From positions 1 through 64,000 of the forward strand of contig JACAEQ010000036.1 of the NCBI GenBank assembly GCA_013388755.1: 64,000 nucleotides of DNA, read 5' to 3'. The translations under genes and the position numbers were made by a program. This DNA is from Chloroflexota bacterium. GTDB taxonomy: Bacteria > Chloroflexota > Chloroflexia > Chloroflexales > Roseiflexaceae. Below are positions 63,356 to 64,000 of the stretch, piece after piece (positions within the stretch are counted from its first letter, which is position 1; each line of letters begins with the position of its first letter). The notes under the pieces were generated by a model that worked only from the letters and a program-made list of their open reading frames with translations, made no database searches and was not told the origin of the DNA.

Positions 63356-63769
63356 ATGACAGTACCCGACCTGAGTCAACTGACCGCCAGCGGCCTGGCG
63401 AAGGCTCTTGGCATTCTGGTTACCGAACTGGCACCACATCGCATCGTCGCCAGCATGCCGGTAACGCCGGATCATCATCAACCGCTCGGCTACCTGCACG
63501 GTGGCGCATCGGTCGTCCTTGCCGAAACGGTTGCCAGCATTGGCGCCTTCTTCAACTGTCCATCAGGCAAGACGACCTTCGGGCTCGAAATCAATGCCAA
63601 TCACGTCCGGCCAAAGCGCGACGGCGTCGTCACGGCGATTGGCGTACCGCTGCACCTTGGCAAGTCAACCCAGATCTGGGACGTTCGGATCGTTGACGAA
63701 CAGGAGCGCCTGGTCTGTGTGTCGCGTTGCACGATCGCAGTGGTCGATCTGGTCCAGCCGGCGGGTTGA
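63356..63769 (+). CDS. PaaI/4HBT-type hotdog-fold thioesterase
   Basis: [17 protein letters not shown], hotdog fold length (~137 aa); start re-set to MTVPDLS. Confidence 0.75.
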   Translation: MTVPDLSQLTASGLAKALGILVTELAPHRIVASMPVTPDHHQPLGYLHGGASVVLAETVASIGAFFNCPSGKTTFGLEINANHVRPKRDGVVTAIGVPLHLGKSTQIWDVRIVDEQERLVCVSRCTIAVVDLVQPAG

Positions 63770-63788
63770 ACGGCAACGAAGCAACGCC

Positions 63789-64000
63789 ATGCGTGCAGTC
63801 ATTCAGCGTGTCAGCGAAGCGTCCGTCAGCGTCGAAGGTGCCGTCATCAGCCGTATTGGCCGGGGTATGCTGATCTTGCTCGGCATCGGTGCCGGCGATA
63901 CGGATGCCGACGTCAGGCTGCTGGCGGAGAAGAGCGTGAATCTGCGCATCTTTGCCGATGATGAGGGGCGCTTCAATCGTTCGTTACTGGAGATCGGCGG
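63789..64000 (+). CDS. dtd: D-aminoacyl-tRNA deacylase (partial, runs off the 3' end)
   Basis: [42 protein letters not shown]... classic Dtd N-terminus. Confidence 0.8.
   Translation, partial: MRAVIQRVSEASVSVEGAVISRIGRGMLILLGIGAGDTDADVRLLAEKSVNLRIFADDEGRFNRSLLEIG

Overview
High-GC (~65%) chromosomal segment, most consistent with a filamentous Chloroflexota-type genome; this is inferred only from protein families, synteny and repeat content. There are about 50 protein-coding genes and no rRNA, tRNA or CRISPR. Housekeeping content includes two paralogous 2-oxo-acid dehydrogenase operons, rpsA, clpC-radA-yacL, fmt, sucC, gmd, moaB, yidD and dtd. There are two class-III aminotransferases. A REC-GGDEF regulator sits next to a 1167-aa TPR membrane protein. 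A divergently transcribed pair is the most unusual locus: (i) a translationally coupled CHAT (caspase-like) protease plus a STAND NTPase-TM-WD40 operon, a candidate programmed-cell-death / conflict module, and (ii) a polyprenyl-phosphate-type extracytoplasmic glycosylation cluster (two GT-C enzymes, a ThrH-like HAD, a GT2, a flippase-like protein and a lipoprotein). A second unusual operon couples an AMP-forming ligase, E1alpha, E1beta and E2 to a stand-alone acyl carrier protein. Two families of intergenic hairpin repeats are scattered through the window. Family A is a MITE-like GC-rich nested palindrome with CTAGAAC termini. Family B is a ~135-nt imperfect palindrome with GCGCGCAATGAC and CCGAATAACGG motifs, present in five copies including one tandemly amplified copy. 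Many long ORFs in the six-frame track are antisense artefacts of the high GC content and are not reported. Several track ORFs are 5'-extended, and their starts were re-set to internal Met/RBS positions.
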